Positions 22,277 to 31,439 of a DNA stretch of 64,000 nucleotides are shown in pieces. Source of the DNA: a phage. The position numbers and the translations under genes are program-made. The notes below the pieces were generated by a model. The model was not told where the DNA came from. It made no database searches and worked only from the letters and a program-made list of their open reading frames with translations. Positions within the stretch are counted from its first letter, which is position 1. The number at the start of each line of letters is the position of its first letter. The DNA lies in sequence record PX915678.1; one strand, given 5' to 3'.

Positions 22277-23596
22277 TCACACATAAAACACATCATAACG
22301 ACCACGAGTGACACCAACATAAAGAAGCTGCTGAGCCAATTCAGCATCTGCATAATGAATACAAGGTGTATAGATGAAAGCACGGTCTACAGACATGCCC
22401 TGAGCTTTGTGGAATGTTGATGCAGGAAGTGCTTTCACTTTACTAAACTGTGATTTAGCATCCCAAAAATCACTCCACGGAGCTTTTCCACCTTTATTCC
22501 AATTTTTATACGTTTCTGCCGTTTTACCTAAAAATAAGTTAAACTTATACAGCTCTTCATCAGATGAAATTATTTTAATCTTTTCACGATAATATTCATC
22601 ATCGCCGTAAGTTTCTACTGTTAAATCCCAATGACGAATTAAATATTCTCCAGAAACACCACGAGCTTTAACAAATGTTGATGTATACTCTGCTTCTATA
22701 ATACGAACTAATTGTCCGTTATTAAAAATAATTTCTGACACAGGCTTTCCATCAATTTTATATGTTTTAATTAATGGTTCCTGCATTACAATAATTTCAC
22801 CAACGATAAAATCTTTATCAGTTTCAAAAATCTTTTTGCGAATAATGCTATTTAACTTATCAACAGATTTATTCGTAAATGCCATTACGCGATTTTCAAA
22901 CAAATCGTCTAGTGATTTTACTATTGAAAAATAATTTACCATAAAATCACGTAAAGCGGTATCACCAGTAAATCCACGTACTCCATGCCCGTCAACAACT
23001 TTATCATAAATCCACTTACCGTTGCGAACATCAGTAGCTACATCAATAATAGGAGCATTACTGCGTTTAACTTCAGTGAGTTCACACTGATAAAAATCTT
23101 TATGTGTAAAGAACGGACTGATATAAGCAGTGTTTTCTCCTGGGTCAACAGGTCTAATTTGCTTATTATCGCCTATTCCAATTATAGTACACCACGGCGG
23201 GATAGTTGAAAGCAGAATTTTAAATAGCTTTCTATCATACATTGACACTTCGTCGCAGATTAATACTCTGCATTTAGCTAAATCCGGTACTTCTTTTTGT
23301 TCAAAAAGAACGTTTTCTTCATATGTTACCGGGTTAATTTTGAGAATACTGTGAATAGTACTCGCTTCTTTCCCTGACAGTTTAGAAAGAATCTTTTTAG
23401 CTGCATGAGTAGGAGCTGCTAAAATAATGCCAGTTTCGCCCGTAGATATTAAGGCTTCAATGATGAACTTAGTAAGAGTAGTCTTACCAGTACCGGCAGG
23501 TCCATTAATAGTTACATGGTGTTTCTTTTCTTTGATAGCCCTCATAACGATGTTAAAGGCATTTTTCTGGCCTTCTGTCAAATCATCAAATGTCAT
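22277..23596 (-). CDS. dda: Dda DNA helicase (SF1B)
   Basis: 439 aa as in T4 Dda; Walker A GPAGTGKT, Walker B LICDEVSM. Confidence 0.9.
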   Translation of the reverse strand: MTFDDLTEGQKNAFNIVMRAIKEKKHHVTINGPAGTGKTTLTKFIIEALISTGETGIILAAPTHAAKKILSKLSGKEASTIHSILKINPVTYEENVLFEQKEVPDLAKCRVLICDEVSMYDRKLFKILLSTIPPWCTIIGIGDNKQIRPVDPGENTAYISPFFTHKDFYQCELTEVKRSNAPIIDVATDVRNGKWIYDKVVDGHGVRGFTGDTALRDFMVNYFSIVKSLDDLFENRVMAFTNKSVDKLNSIIRKKIFETDKDFIVGEIIVMQEPLIKTYKIDGKPVSEIIFNNGQLVRIIEAEYTSTFVKARGVSGEYLIRHWDLTVETYGDDEYYREKIKIISSDEELYKFNLFLGKTAETYKNWNKGGKAPWSDFWDAKSQFSKVKALPASTFHKAQGMSVDRAFIYTPCIHYADAELAQQLLYVGVTRGRYDVFYV

Positions 23597-23904
23597 CGTA
23601 AATTCCCTGCAATTGGTATACTAACAATACGCCCAGTATCTAAAATTCGCCGATATAATCTTTGTGTGTCTACATCAGGCTTAACATGTTTAACTTCTAT
23701 TTTATTAAACCAAAACTTGCGTGGAGTTTCAACTAATCTCGGAATTCCCATACCTAAAGCTAGTCGATACTGATCTTTAAGAGTTGTAAATACTTTATCA
23801 GCAATCTCCCTTTCAAAAAATACAGCAGGGCGATGTTCATCGAGCGGAACTGGCACTGCAAATCCATCTTTATCTCTATACACTATCGCATATACATAAA
23901 ACAT
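23593..23904 (-). CDS. Hypothetical protein (103 aa) downstream of dda
   Basis: Track ORF; ATGA overlap with dda stop. Confidence 0.55.
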   Translation of the reverse strand: MFYVYAIVYRDKDGFAVPVPLDEHRPAVFFEREIADKVFTTLKDQYRLALGMGIPRLVETPRKFWFNKIEVKHVKPDVDTQRLYRRILDTGRIVSIPIAGNLR

Positions 23905-23905
23905 A

Positions 23906-24652
23906 TTATCCTCGGATAAGTTTAAAAATTGAACAATTTAGCGGGTATCCTCTTTTCAGTTTAAGTTTATCAATAAAAGACAAGTTTTGATACCGCTCTA
24001 CACCTTGAATAATTTTATCACACATATCATATTGCATTTCTGCTTCTGACAACTTTTTCACAGTTTTCCAATCAGAGCCTTTAAGAAGAACGTTCAATTT
24101 AACAACTTCAGTGCCTTCTGCTATACGAGAACCATCAATACGAGCTTTGAGTGCTACAATCGTTAGCTTAATGTCAGAGGTTTGTTTTGATTTAGAAAGC
24201 TGAGAAATGTGTTCAATTCGGTTTTCACGTTTTTTCTGTATAGCTTTAATTTGATTATAAGTCTTTTTGATTTTAGCCCATTTCTTTTCATCTAAATTTA
24301 GTTTATGAACTTTTTTCGCAGATGAACGACCAATTCGCAAAGCAAATAAATCACGCTTTTCAATCAACTCTTCTAAAGTATAATCAGAACGAAATGTATT
24401 GTACTTTTTCTTTACTGCAATAACATTCCCTTTAATGTATCCAACGTTATTATCAAAACGTTCTAATGATAATTTCTCTCCTTCAATACGATTATCAAAA
24501 GGTTCTCCCGAGTAAGCGCAAACTTTCTGATCTAAAATGTTCTTAATGTAATTGAAGTCTAAGTTAAAATCTTTAGAACGTCTTTTAGCAGATGCCTGAG
24601 TGTGCTCTAGACGACGTGTAATTTTACGAATTTGATTTTTAGACAGTTTCAT
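23906..24652 (-). CDS. Basic 248-aa protein in the T4 srd position; contains a degenerate HNH-like motif
   Basis: Track ORF; CAYSGEPF...LSLERFDNNVGYIKGNVIAV...KKKYN parallels the HNH skeleton but lacks the Cys ligands and catalytic His; Lys-rich C-terminus. Confidence 0.6.
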   Translation of the reverse strand: MKLSKNQIRKITRRLEHTQASAKRRSKDFNLDFNYIKNILDQKVCAYSGEPFDNRIEGEKLSLERFDNNVGYIKGNVIAVKKKYNTFRSDYTLEELIEKRDLFALRIGRSSAKKVHKLNLDEKKWAKIKKTYNQIKAIQKKRENRIEHISQLSKSKQTSDIKLTIVALKARIDGSRIAEGTEVVKLNVLLKGSDWKTVKKLSEAEMQYDMCDKIIQGVERYQNLSFIDKLKLKRGYPLNCSIFKLIRG

Positions 24653-24682
24653 ATTTTTCTCACGGACGGGTTAACTACTTAT

Positions 24683-24712
24683 ACTATAACATTTTTACTT
24701 CAGTTTGTAAAC
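24683..24712 (-). promoter_or_regulatory. Early promoter upstream of the srd-position ORF
   Basis: GTTTAC (24707..24712), 18 nt, TATAGT (24683..24688). Confidence 0.45.
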
Positions 24713-24768
24713 AACTTTATGAAAAATGCTTTAAAACTTTCATGGTATAATGAATCTAAGTCCTTCCA

Positions 24769-25371
24769 TTATAGATTAAATCCTTCAAAATCAAGAGTAT
24801 AGATAGTGTATGTTGAATACTTTTTATACTCGTATCTATCCGCAATTCTAAATACGCTTCCAGCTGGTATCATTACTTCTTGTTCATCTGAAACTAATTC
24901 CATATTACGATAACGATGGCTATCTGGAAACTTAAAACTCGGGCTATATTCTTTACAACGTAGAGCTTTTATAGCATACTCCTGGAAATTAAACACCATA
25001 GGAGCTTTGAATTCAAAAATAACTTGTGTGTTGTATTCTAATCCAGAAGCAAAATGTAGAGCTATATTTTTATCATATGAAGCTGATACTACTTTATCAA
25101 ATGTAATAATATCAATTCCTTGATTTAACACCTGTTTAGTCTCAACTGGAACACCTCTCCAAAGAGGTTTATCGTTTGGAACCAAACGAGATTTGATTAT
25201 TTCATTTAACCAAGAATGATCGTCTGGCTTATTAGTAATACAATGAATTAAAAGTTCAATTTCGGATAAATTAAATCCTTCAGAAAGTAATTCTTCACGA
25301 ATAGAAGCACGCACCGATGCATCCATTGATTTGATTTTAAAATCTTTTAATTGCATTGCTGAATATTTCAT
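24769..25371 (-). CDS. modA: ADP-ribosyltransferase ModA
   Basis: 200 aa as in T4 ModA; ART-type motif LWRG; modA/modB assignment rests on size. Confidence 0.7.
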   Translation of the reverse strand: MKYSAMQLKDFKIKSMDASVRASIREELLSEGFNLSEIELLIHCITNKPDDHSWLNEIIKSRLVPNDKPLWRGVPVETKQVLNQGIDIITFDKVVSASYDKNIALHFASGLEYNTQVIFEFKAPMVFNFQEYAIKALRCKEYSPSFKFPDSHRYRNMELVSDEQEVMIPAGSVFRIADRYEYKKYSTYTIYTLDFEGFNL

Positions 25372-25991
25372 TCAACTACCTCAATATCATACACTTTAAA
25401 TGTTCCAAATGAATCGTGTAATTTTTCTTTTGAAATAGAAGTTATTTTATACTTTCCAATTGGAATCATCCATTCTTGTTCACGTACAATCATCATTAAG
25501 TTATCAGTACGTTCTGAATCTAATCCATCAGTATCTTCATATGTATACTTAAACTCAGTGTTAGGAGAAGAAAGTATAATATCGCTGATATGGTCAGAAT
25601 AATTAAAAGCTTTATCAGTTTTTAAGCGAAATATTATTTCAGTGGAATATTCAACATAAGAAAAACCACATGCTGTGTGCAAACTAGTAGTAAATGAATC
25701 TACTCTATTCGTTGAAAACACTTCTCCAACTTGTAAATCTTTAATGAGTTCTTTTGTCGATTTTGATATACCACGATATAGCTGATAAGGTGATTTAGTT
25801 AAATGCTTTTTAACGATTTTATTCAACTGCCGATGAAGAGCTTCATTCTTTTTGGCTTCCATACATTGCCAAAGAATTGACTGTTCAAAGTCAGTAAATT
25901 TTTCACAGACCTTTTTATACATATCATATTGAAAATCAACACTTTCAGCTTTTATAGATAACTGTTCAACATCTGCAAGATTAATAATCAT
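25368..25991 (-). CDS. modB: ADP-ribosyltransferase ModB
   Basis: 207 aa from ATG at 25989..25991 with GGAGG SD; ART-type motif YRG..S; ATGA-type overlap with modA. Confidence 0.7.
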   Translation of the reverse strand: MIINLADVEQLSIKAESVDFQYDMYKKVCEKFTDFEQSILWQCMEAKKNEALHRQLNKIVKKHLTKSPYQLYRGISKSTKELIKDLQVGEVFSTNRVDSFTTSLHTACGFSYVEYSTEIIFRLKTDKAFNYSDHISDIILSSPNTEFKYTYEDTDGLDSERTDNLMMIVREQEWMIPIGKYKITSISKEKLHDSFGTFKVYDIEVVE

Positions 25992-26017
25992 GATAGCCTC
26001 CATATACTTCAGAAGCT

Positions 26018-26047
26018 ATCATATCATTGTTAGGAAGGAAAGTAAAC
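26018..26047 (-). promoter_or_regulatory. Candidate early promoter upstream of modB
   Basis: GTTTAC (26042..26047), 18 nt, TATGAT (26018..26023); weaker -10. Confidence 0.35.
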
Positions 26048-26058
26048 AACTTTTTGAA

Positions 26059-26241
26059 TTATTTTGCCCAGGGAGCCCAGGGCGGAGGGTCAAGATGGTA
26101 TGAAGCTAGTTCTTCTAGAAGAGCATCTGGGGCTTCAATTCCATAATTCTGTAATACTATACGGTACTCTTTCTTATAATCACTAGAATCATTCTGGATA
26201 TTCGTAGAATGATTATCTTCTAACATCTCAAATAAATCCAT
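26059..26241 (-). CDS. Hypothetical protein (60 aa)
   Basis: Track ORF. Confidence 0.45.
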   Translation of the reverse strand: MDLFEMLEDNHSTNIQNDSSDYKKEYRIVLQNYGIEAPDALLEELASYHLDPPPWAPWAK

Positions 26242-26249
26242 ATTAATTC

Positions 26250-26720
26250 CTAGCGATAAAAACCAAAATGACGATTAGCTTCAATAATCTTTCTTTCTTC
26301 TTCGGACATTCTCCAGCGTAGTCCAACATCAAAATGAGCCCAGACCATCTTAACAAATGCATTTATATCTTTAATATCTTCAATAATGAATGTTTTACTT
26401 TTATAAGGTTGACTAGCTAATTTAACTTTATCGTCTTCAAACAGGTCAAAAAGACCATATTCATTAGCTCTTTTATAGCCTTTAATAGTTAAAGCTTCAG
26501 AAGAAGAAAACGGTGAATCAGTATTCTGTAAAATATCTTCAGTATGCTTTATAATTAGAATAACATTTTCTGGATATTTTCTTTCTTTTATATCTTTAAT
26601 TAAAAGATCCGGATTTTCTGCTAAAGGAATAATTAATGAGCACTCTTTATCAAGTGTATTTACTGATTTACCTTCTTTAGACATAAATTCTATTGAATAA
26701 TGTTTTGCTACTTCAATCAT
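26250..26720 (-). CDS. Hypothetical protein (156 aa)
   Basis: Track ORF. Confidence 0.55.
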   Translation of the reverse strand: MIEVAKHYSIEFMSKEGKSVNTLDKECSLIIPLAENPDLLIKDIKERKYPENVILIIKHTEDILQNTDSPFSSSEALTIKGYKRANEYGLFDLFEDDKVKLASQPYKSKTFIIEDIKDINAFVKMVWAHFDVGLRWRMSEEERKIIEANRHFGFYR

Positions 26721-26873
26721 GTGATTTCCTCTTGCCTACTAATGGGCCGTCAGGAATTTTGTTTTCCTGGATATATTTCTCATTTTCTTCCATCATTTTA
26801 CTGCCAATTTTAAGAAGCAAATCCAGTGCTTCGTTTGCTTTAGCTTTAGCCTCTTCTAATGTCATATCTCTGT

Positions 26874-27077
26874 TCACGATTTATCCCCATAGATGTCTCT
26901 CATCAATTTAAGCGCTGAGCGTTCTAATTTCTTTTCTTTCTCAGCACTAATCATTGATTTCATCCATTCTTCCGATTCGTTCTGCATTTCTTTATTTGCT
27001 TGTTCAACCCAACCATCGTCAATATACATTGAGTTTGGTCTATTGAACCATTCAAGCATTTTCTTCAGAACTTTCAT
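26874..27077 (-). CDS. Hypothetical protein (67 aa)
   Basis: Track ORF, Lys/Glu-rich helical. Confidence 0.45.
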   Translation of the reverse strand: MKVLKKMLEWFNRPNSMYIDDGWVEQANKEMQNESEEWMKSMISAEKEKKLERSALKLMRDIYGDKS

Positions 27078-27537
27078 TTGTTTTACCTAAAATAACAGTA
27101 GGAGCATCATCAAATTCATGAATTTTTAGCAAATTTGGATGTAAACTATTCCATACAGAAGAAATAAAGTATGATAAAGCATCTTCACTTGCAATTATAA
27201 ATTTATTTCCTTTATCTATTTTCCAACTATATACTGAATCATACGAATAAAAAGATAAAGGTTTATCATTATATTGTTCTGCGCTAACATTAATGTATTC
27301 TGATTTAGTAAATGCTTCAATTGCTCTAAATGGAATATTTGGTACAGTTTCAATAATACCAATCTTTTTAAGTTTTATTTCAGCATCTTCTGGAACTGGC
27401 ATTGAAACGAAATTTTCTACGAGATACATTGGGTCACAATAACCCTTATCAGTCATTACTGCTACGGTAATTGGAACGTCTTTAGCAAACGACAAACTAT
27501 TACTGCTAATATACATTTCAAACAAAATCGCTTCCAT
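27052..27537 (-). CDS. Hypothetical protein (161 aa)
   Basis: ATG at 27535..27537 with GAGGA SD (track start 27549 upstream). Confidence 0.55.
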   Translation of the reverse strand: MEAILFEMYISSNSLSFAKDVPITVAVMTDKGYCDPMYLVENFVSMPVPEDAEIKLKKIGIIETVPNIPFRAIEAFTKSEYINVSAEQYNDKPLSFYSYDSVYSWKIDKGNKFIIASEDALSYFISSVWNSLHPNLLKIHEFDDAPTVILGKTNESSEENA

Positions 27538-27545
27538 AATTTTCC

Positions 27546-27884
27546 TCAATCACAAGATGTAGATGAACAACTAGAATCACAAGAACTTCCACATGAATCG
27601 CCCGTCCATACATGAACAGGAACATTAGTATCATATGAATCAGAACTAGACTGTGTATTCTGCGCATTAGATGATGTAGGTGTTGACCAACGCCAAGGAT
27701 TTTTATAATATTCCTGGGCTTCTTCATACGTCATAGTAACCGCTTCTACTGTTCCATCTCCCATATAAACATATTCAACTACAGTTAAAGGAAGGTAGTC
27801 ATTTGAAATAGGAACTACACCTTCTCCGGGAGTTGTAGAGAAAAAATCCGTAAAGAAACTTTTAAACCAATTAAAGATAAACAT
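27546..27884 (-). CDS. Hypothetical protein with Cys/Ser-rich C-terminal tail
   Basis: 112-aa track ORF ending ...[20 protein letters not shown]. Confidence 0.55.
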   Translation of the reverse strand: MFIFNWFKSFFTDFFSTTPGEGVVPISNDYLPLTVVEYVYMGDGTVEAVTMTYEEAQEYYKNPWRWSTPTSSNAQNTQSSSDSYDTNVPVHVWTGDSCGSSCDSSCSSTSCD

Positions 27885-28096
27885 TACAAAAAGCCTCTTT
27901 GAAATTCGACTCTTTGAAATCCACCCCAGTCAGTGTATCGCATTTCAGCATTGAACTCGACTGAACCATCTGCATGCATCATGAATGAATGCGTGACGAT
28001 ATCACAATCCCAGCTTTTCATACCCCATTTATCAGAGATAGCTTTATCAAGAACCTTCTGGAGGTCTTCATTTGGTTTAATCCAACGATTTAACAT
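27884..28096 (-). CDS. Hypothetical protein (70 aa)
   Basis: Track ORF downstream of promoter 28123..28152. Confidence 0.5.
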   Translation of the reverse strand: MLNRWIKPNEDLQKVLDKAISDKWGMKSWDCDIVTHSFMMHADGSVEFNAEMRYTDWGGFQRVEFQRGFL

Positions 28097-28122
28097 AGTG
28101 CTCTCCTCTATAAGATAATTCT

Positions 28123-28152
28123 ATTATACCATACTTGTTTTGGAAAGTAAAC
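28123..28152 (-). promoter_or_regulatory. Early promoter (part of a terminator-promoter cassette)
   Basis: GTTTAC (28147..28152), 18 nt, TATAAT (28123..28128). Confidence 0.55.
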
Positions 28153-28168
28153 CGGTAAAATGAAAAAA

Positions 28169-28186
28169 GGACTCCCGAAGGAGTCC
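28169..28186 (-). terminator. Intrinsic terminator after soc (UUCG tetraloop)
   Basis: GGACTCC-CGAA-GGAGTCC followed on minus strand by U6 (forward aaaaaa 28163..28168). Confidence 0.55.
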
Positions 28187-28194
28187 TTGAATTA

Positions 28195-28431
28195 TTAACC
28201 ACTTATTTGTGTAGGCGTAAACATTGCAGCATTCTTAGTTTTCCAATCAGCTGCATCAGAAACTACGGTAGAATATGCTGCCTTTTCAGAAGGAAAGATC
28301 TGATAATGAGAATCTGCGATACGATGCTCGTTAGAATAAATTTCAAACGGAACAGAAACTTCCATACCTTTAACTTCTTTGCCTTCACCTGCTGGATGAG
28401 TAAAGGTCTTGATGTTAACGAAACCACCCAT
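28195..28431 (-). CDS. soc: Small outer capsid protein Soc
   Basis: 78 aa; resembles T4 Soc (YQ.FPSEKAAYSTV); preceded by late promoter and AAAGGAG SD. Confidence 0.75.
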   Translation of the reverse strand: MGGFVNIKTFTHPAGEGKEVKGMEVSVPFEIYSNEHRIADSHYQIFPSEKAAYSTVVSDAADWKTKNAAMFTPTQISG

Positions 28432-28462
28432 AATAAACTCCTTTATTGTTTAATTACAGGTG

Positions 28463-28470
28463 TATTTATA
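28463..28470 (-). promoter_or_regulatory. Late promoter (TATAAATA) for soc
   Basis: Exact TATAAATA on minus strand about 32 nt upstream of soc ATG. Confidence 0.5.
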
Positions 28471-28473
28471 TCA

Positions 28474-28992
28474 TCAATAACCTCGGTCTTGACGAGCGAA
28501 GTTTTCAGCATTTTTCAGATAATAAAGTTTAAAGATTTCTTCAGCAGTAAGACCGAGACCTTGGAACATGTTCAGAACGAAATGAAGAATATCAATCATT
28601 TCGAATTTAATTTCCAACTGGTCTTGTGGAGACAAATCAGTAATTAAAGTTTCACGGCGTTCACCGTGTTGCGACTTCCAAGGTTTCCATACAGCAGATG
28701 CATCTTTTTCACCATTGCTCATACCACCAAGAGAAGTCAGAAGTTCGCGGAATTCATCATCAATATAATCTTTCTGATTACGCAGCCAATCAACAACTTC
28801 ACCTGCAGTAGCCAAATCATCAGGATGATGGTTATATTCAGGTTTATCTTTAGCTAAACGAACCTGCAGAGATTTCTGCATATCAAGCATAACCTGCAGC
28901 GGGTCTTTTTCATCACCGAGAATATCCCAGTATTCATTTTGAGCTTTATCAGCGCCTTCAATCAGTTGACTACATTCATTAAAGTAAGCCAT
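28474..28992 (-). CDS. 56: dCTP pyrophosphatase gp56 (dCTPase-dUTPase)
   Basis: ATG at 28990..28992 with AAGGA SD (track start 29085 upstream); N-terminus MAYFNEC..., strongly similar to T4 gp56 as recalled. Confidence 0.85.
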   Translation of the reverse strand: MAYFNECSQLIEGADKAQNEYWDILGDEKDPLQVMLDMQKSLQVRLAKDKPEYNHHPDDLATAGEVVDWLRNQKDYIDDEFRELLTSLGGMSNGEKDASAVWKPWKSQHGERRETLITDLSPQDQLEIKFEMIDILHFVLNMFQGLGLTAEEIFKLYYLKNAENFARQDRGY

Positions 28993-29063
28993 TATTTTTC
29001 CTTTCAATTCATGGGTTAGTAGATTAATTATACAATAAATATATAAAGCAATAAGGAGGACAT

Positions 29064-29264
29064 ATGGTACAAAAATTAATGGCACTTGTTAATGCCATAA
29101 AAGGTAATAAAAAACGTATAGCTTTTACTATTTCTGCTATGGTAGGAATTTTACTCTGGAATTTTGTTTTATCACCAATTGCTATTGCTCATGGTGTTAA
29201 TATTCCAGTAATTACTCTTGATACATTCGTAGATTTAGCATTTGCTTTGGTTGGGTTAATTTAA
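29064..29264 (+). CDS. Plus-strand small membrane protein (66 aa) between genes 56 and 61
   Basis: ATG with strong AAGGAGGA SD; two hydrophobic segments; only plus-strand ORF in a minus-strand block, convergent with gene 61. Confidence 0.4.
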   Translation: MVQKLMALVNAIKGNKKRIAFTISAMVGILLWNFVLSPIAIAHGVNIPVITLDTFVDLAFALVGLI

Positions 29265-30289
29265 ATCTTAGCATATTTAGATAGCCGCATTTTAGCCATC
29301 AACCCTTGGGCAATATTATTTTTCATATATTCCATAATTTGTTCAGGGGTTGCACCTTCCTTTCTAATCATATCATTAACATCTTTTGATTTCCAGGGAG
29401 ATTTATCCCAAAACATAACCCTTTCTCCTGCATCAACTAATTTAGTCATTCGTTTAATAGTGTCAGGGTGACGAGGTTCATTATCTAAAACCCATACACG
29501 TCTATCTTTAAATGGAACAATTTCTAGGTCTAATTGACCACCCGTAATAGCTATACCATTTTCAATAAAAAGCGAATCTATAGGTCCTTCTAGAACATAT
29601 ACATCGCCATCTTTGACTCGTTCAACTCCATAGATTTTTGTTGCCTCAGGATAAGCTTTGATGGTGATATATTTTTGAGGAGCATCTTTCTTTAATGCAC
29701 GTCCTTGAAAAGACTCGGCTTTTCCGTTAGCATTATAAATTGGAATAACAAGACGAGGCTCGGGCATTTCCTTTTTATATGTTCCTGGCGCTATACTATT
29801 AACTAATTTAGGCCATTCGGTTGTAAACCAAAGATATTTCCATTTATCCTTTGGAATACAACGAGCTTTTACATATTTTATAATTGGATGGTCTTCCGCC
29901 AGTTTATCTAGTCTAATGCATGACGGAAGAGATTTAATTATTTTCTTCTCAGGTTGTTTAGGAAGTTCTTTAGGTTTTTCTACTGGACGACTTTTACCTT
30001 TTTCTTTTCTTATTTCAAAGATATATTCACGATATAAATCAGGTTCAAACTCCTTTAAATATATTCCGATTGGTGCATGATAGTTACAGTTATAACAATG
30101 AATATTTCCTTCATTATTATCGCCATAATACCATCCACGGGCTTTATTTTGATCGGTTTTTGAATCTCCACAAACAGGACATCTAAACCGTAATTTAAAA
30201 GTTGAACTATTATTTACTTGTGCGAATTTAGGTAAATGAGCCAATGCACGGTATGCAAACTCATTATCAATCCAAGGTATTGATGACAT
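29261..30289 (-). CDS. 61: DNA primase gp61
   Basis: 342 aa as in T4 gp61; zinc ribbon CPVCGDS...CYNC and TOPRIM region. Confidence 0.9.
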   Translation of the reverse strand: MSSIPWIDNEFAYRALAHLPKFAQVNNSSTFKLRFRCPVCGDSKTDQNKARGWYYGDNNEGNIHCYNCNYHAPIGIYLKEFEPDLYREYIFEIRKEKGKSRPVEKPKELPKQPEKKIIKSLPSCIRLDKLAEDHPIIKYVKARCIPKDKWKYLWFTTEWPKLVNSIAPGTYKKEMPEPRLVIPIYNANGKAESFQGRALKKDAPQKYITIKAYPEATKIYGVERVKDGDVYVLEGPIDSLFIENGIAITGGQLDLEIVPFKDRRVWVLDNEPRHPDTIKRMTKLVDAGERVMFWDKSPWKSKDVNDMIRKEGATPEQIMEYMKNNIAQGLMAKMRLSKYAKI

Positions 30290-30291
30290 TT

Positions 30292-30456
30292 TTACTCTTC
30301 TTTTTCTTTAGATTCCTCTTTTTTCTTTTTAGGAATCTGTTCAGGACCTTTATTTACTACAGCACCTGACGTTGTTCCAGTGGAGATATTTTCAGGATTA
30401 CCACCTGAATCTCCAGCGACCATATCTTCTTTAATAAATTCTTTATATGTTTTCAT
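30292..30456 (-). CDS. Small acidic/basic protein (54 aa; 61.1 position)
   Basis: GAGGT SD then ATG at 30454..30456; ends 2 nt before gene 61 start; not in ORF track. Confidence 0.45.
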   Translation of the reverse strand: MKTYKEFIKEDMVAGDSGGNPENISTGTTSGAVVNKGPEQIPKKKKEESKEKEE

Positions 30457-30457
30457 A

Positions 30458-30814
30458 TTAACCTCTATTCATAAAAGCATTAAAAATTTGGTCATCAATC
30501 GATGGAATAGCAACTTTTTCTGCATCATTTAGCAAATCATTAATTTCATCAGATAGCATAACGCATGTACCTTTATTTCCTGTAATTGTTACTGCGCAAT
30601 TACGAACGTTTTCTTTATCAAATTTTAGGTTAATATTTTCGTAGTGAAAATCCTTTAATGCCGAATATATTTTTAAAATGAAATTGTCTTTTACTACAAT
30701 AAACCCAACTTCACTATTAAAACGTGGTTCATGGAAACTGTAATAAACCTTTTCATCTATAAAATCGTATGAAATTTTTTCCATTTTTAAATATGAAAAT
30801 TCAGAACTGTACAT
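30458..30814 (-). CDS. Hypothetical protein (118 aa; 61.2 position)
   Basis: Track ORF. Confidence 0.6.
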   Translation of the reverse strand: MYSSEFSYLKMEKISYDFIDEKVYYSFHEPRFNSEVGFIVVKDNFILKIYSALKDFHYENINLKFDKENVRNCAVTITGNKGTCVMLSDEINDLLNDAEKVAIPSIDDQIFNAFMNRG

Positions 30815-30826
30815 ACTAACCTCTAA

Positions 30827-31120
30827 TTACTCACCTACCACTTCAGCGATGATATTTTTATTATTAAAGTTTTTATCGCAATACAGAACATAATTATACT
30901 GCATTACACCGCCAGACTTAAGTTGTTTTTGCACTTCAGCTTTCATTTCAGGACGATCACGCTCAACGATATTCATAATATCCGCTTCAATTTGAGTTTC
31001 AACCTCAGTCTGATCTGCAGTCATAGACCACTCACACAAATCTTTGTCATAACCCGCCATAGCAGGCTGAGCAGCACAAGAAGATAAAGCAAAAATTGCA
31101 GCAAAGATAAATTTTTTCAT
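30827..31120 (-). CDS. sp: Secreted periplasmic protein, likely Spackle (Sp) superinfection-exclusion lysozyme inhibitor
   Basis: 97 aa with signal peptide MKKFIFAAIFALSSCAAQPAMA; GAGGAG SD; size and position match T4 sp (61.3) as recalled. Confidence 0.55.
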   Translation of the reverse strand: MKKFIFAAIFALSSCAAQPAMAGYDKDLCEWSMTADQTEVETQIEADIMNIVERDRPEMKAEVQKQLKSGGVMQYNYVLYCDKNFNNKNIIAEVVGE

Positions 31121-31148
31121 GATAATCTCCTCAGTAGTTTATGTTTAT

Positions 31149-31178
31149 ATAGTATCTCAATTTCCAATAAAAGTAAAC
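31149..31178 (-). promoter_or_regulatory. Early promoter upstream of the sp-like gene
   Basis: GTTTAC (31173..31178), 18 nt, TACTAT (31149..31154). Confidence 0.5.
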
Positions 31179-31180
31179 AG

Positions 31181-31438
31181 CTATTTTAAAACTTCTGCAT
31201 AATCACATGTTACAAACTGTTTCTCTAACTTGACGATTTTACGAAAGTATCTTTTGCATTGACGAATCTGTCGCTTCGTAGGACGCACAGCAAACTTAAT
31301 AAATTCCACTCGACCAAATGGAGGACTTTCTTCTGCCGGAATATCTAATACTAATTCCCACGTATCTGCGATAAGTGCTTTAAATTGAGTATTTTTCCTG
31401 ACGTTATACGGTGTAGGTTTAAATAAAACAATATGCAT
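31181..31438 (-). CDS. Small basic protein (85 aa) immediately downstream of dmd (61.4 position)
   Basis: ATG at 31436..31438 with GAGGA SD, 1 nt after dmd stop; basic C-terminus KRQIRQCKRYFRKIVK. Confidence 0.55.
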   Translation of the reverse strand: MHIVLFKPTPYNVRKNTQFKALIADTWELVLDIPAEESPPFGRVEFIKFAVRPTKRQIRQCKRYFRKIVKLEKQFVTCDYAEVLK

Positions 31439-31439
31439 A

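Noticed and set aside
23906-24652. Active HNH homing endonuclease / mobile element call
   Set aside because: The HNH-like segment lacks the catalytic His and zinc-ligand Cys residues and there is no flanking disrupted target gene; kept only as a degenerate motif observation.
24741-24758. Plus-strand extended -10 promoter (TGgTATAAT)
   Set aside because: Would transcribe antisense into modA; no -35 and no plus-strand ORF to serve.
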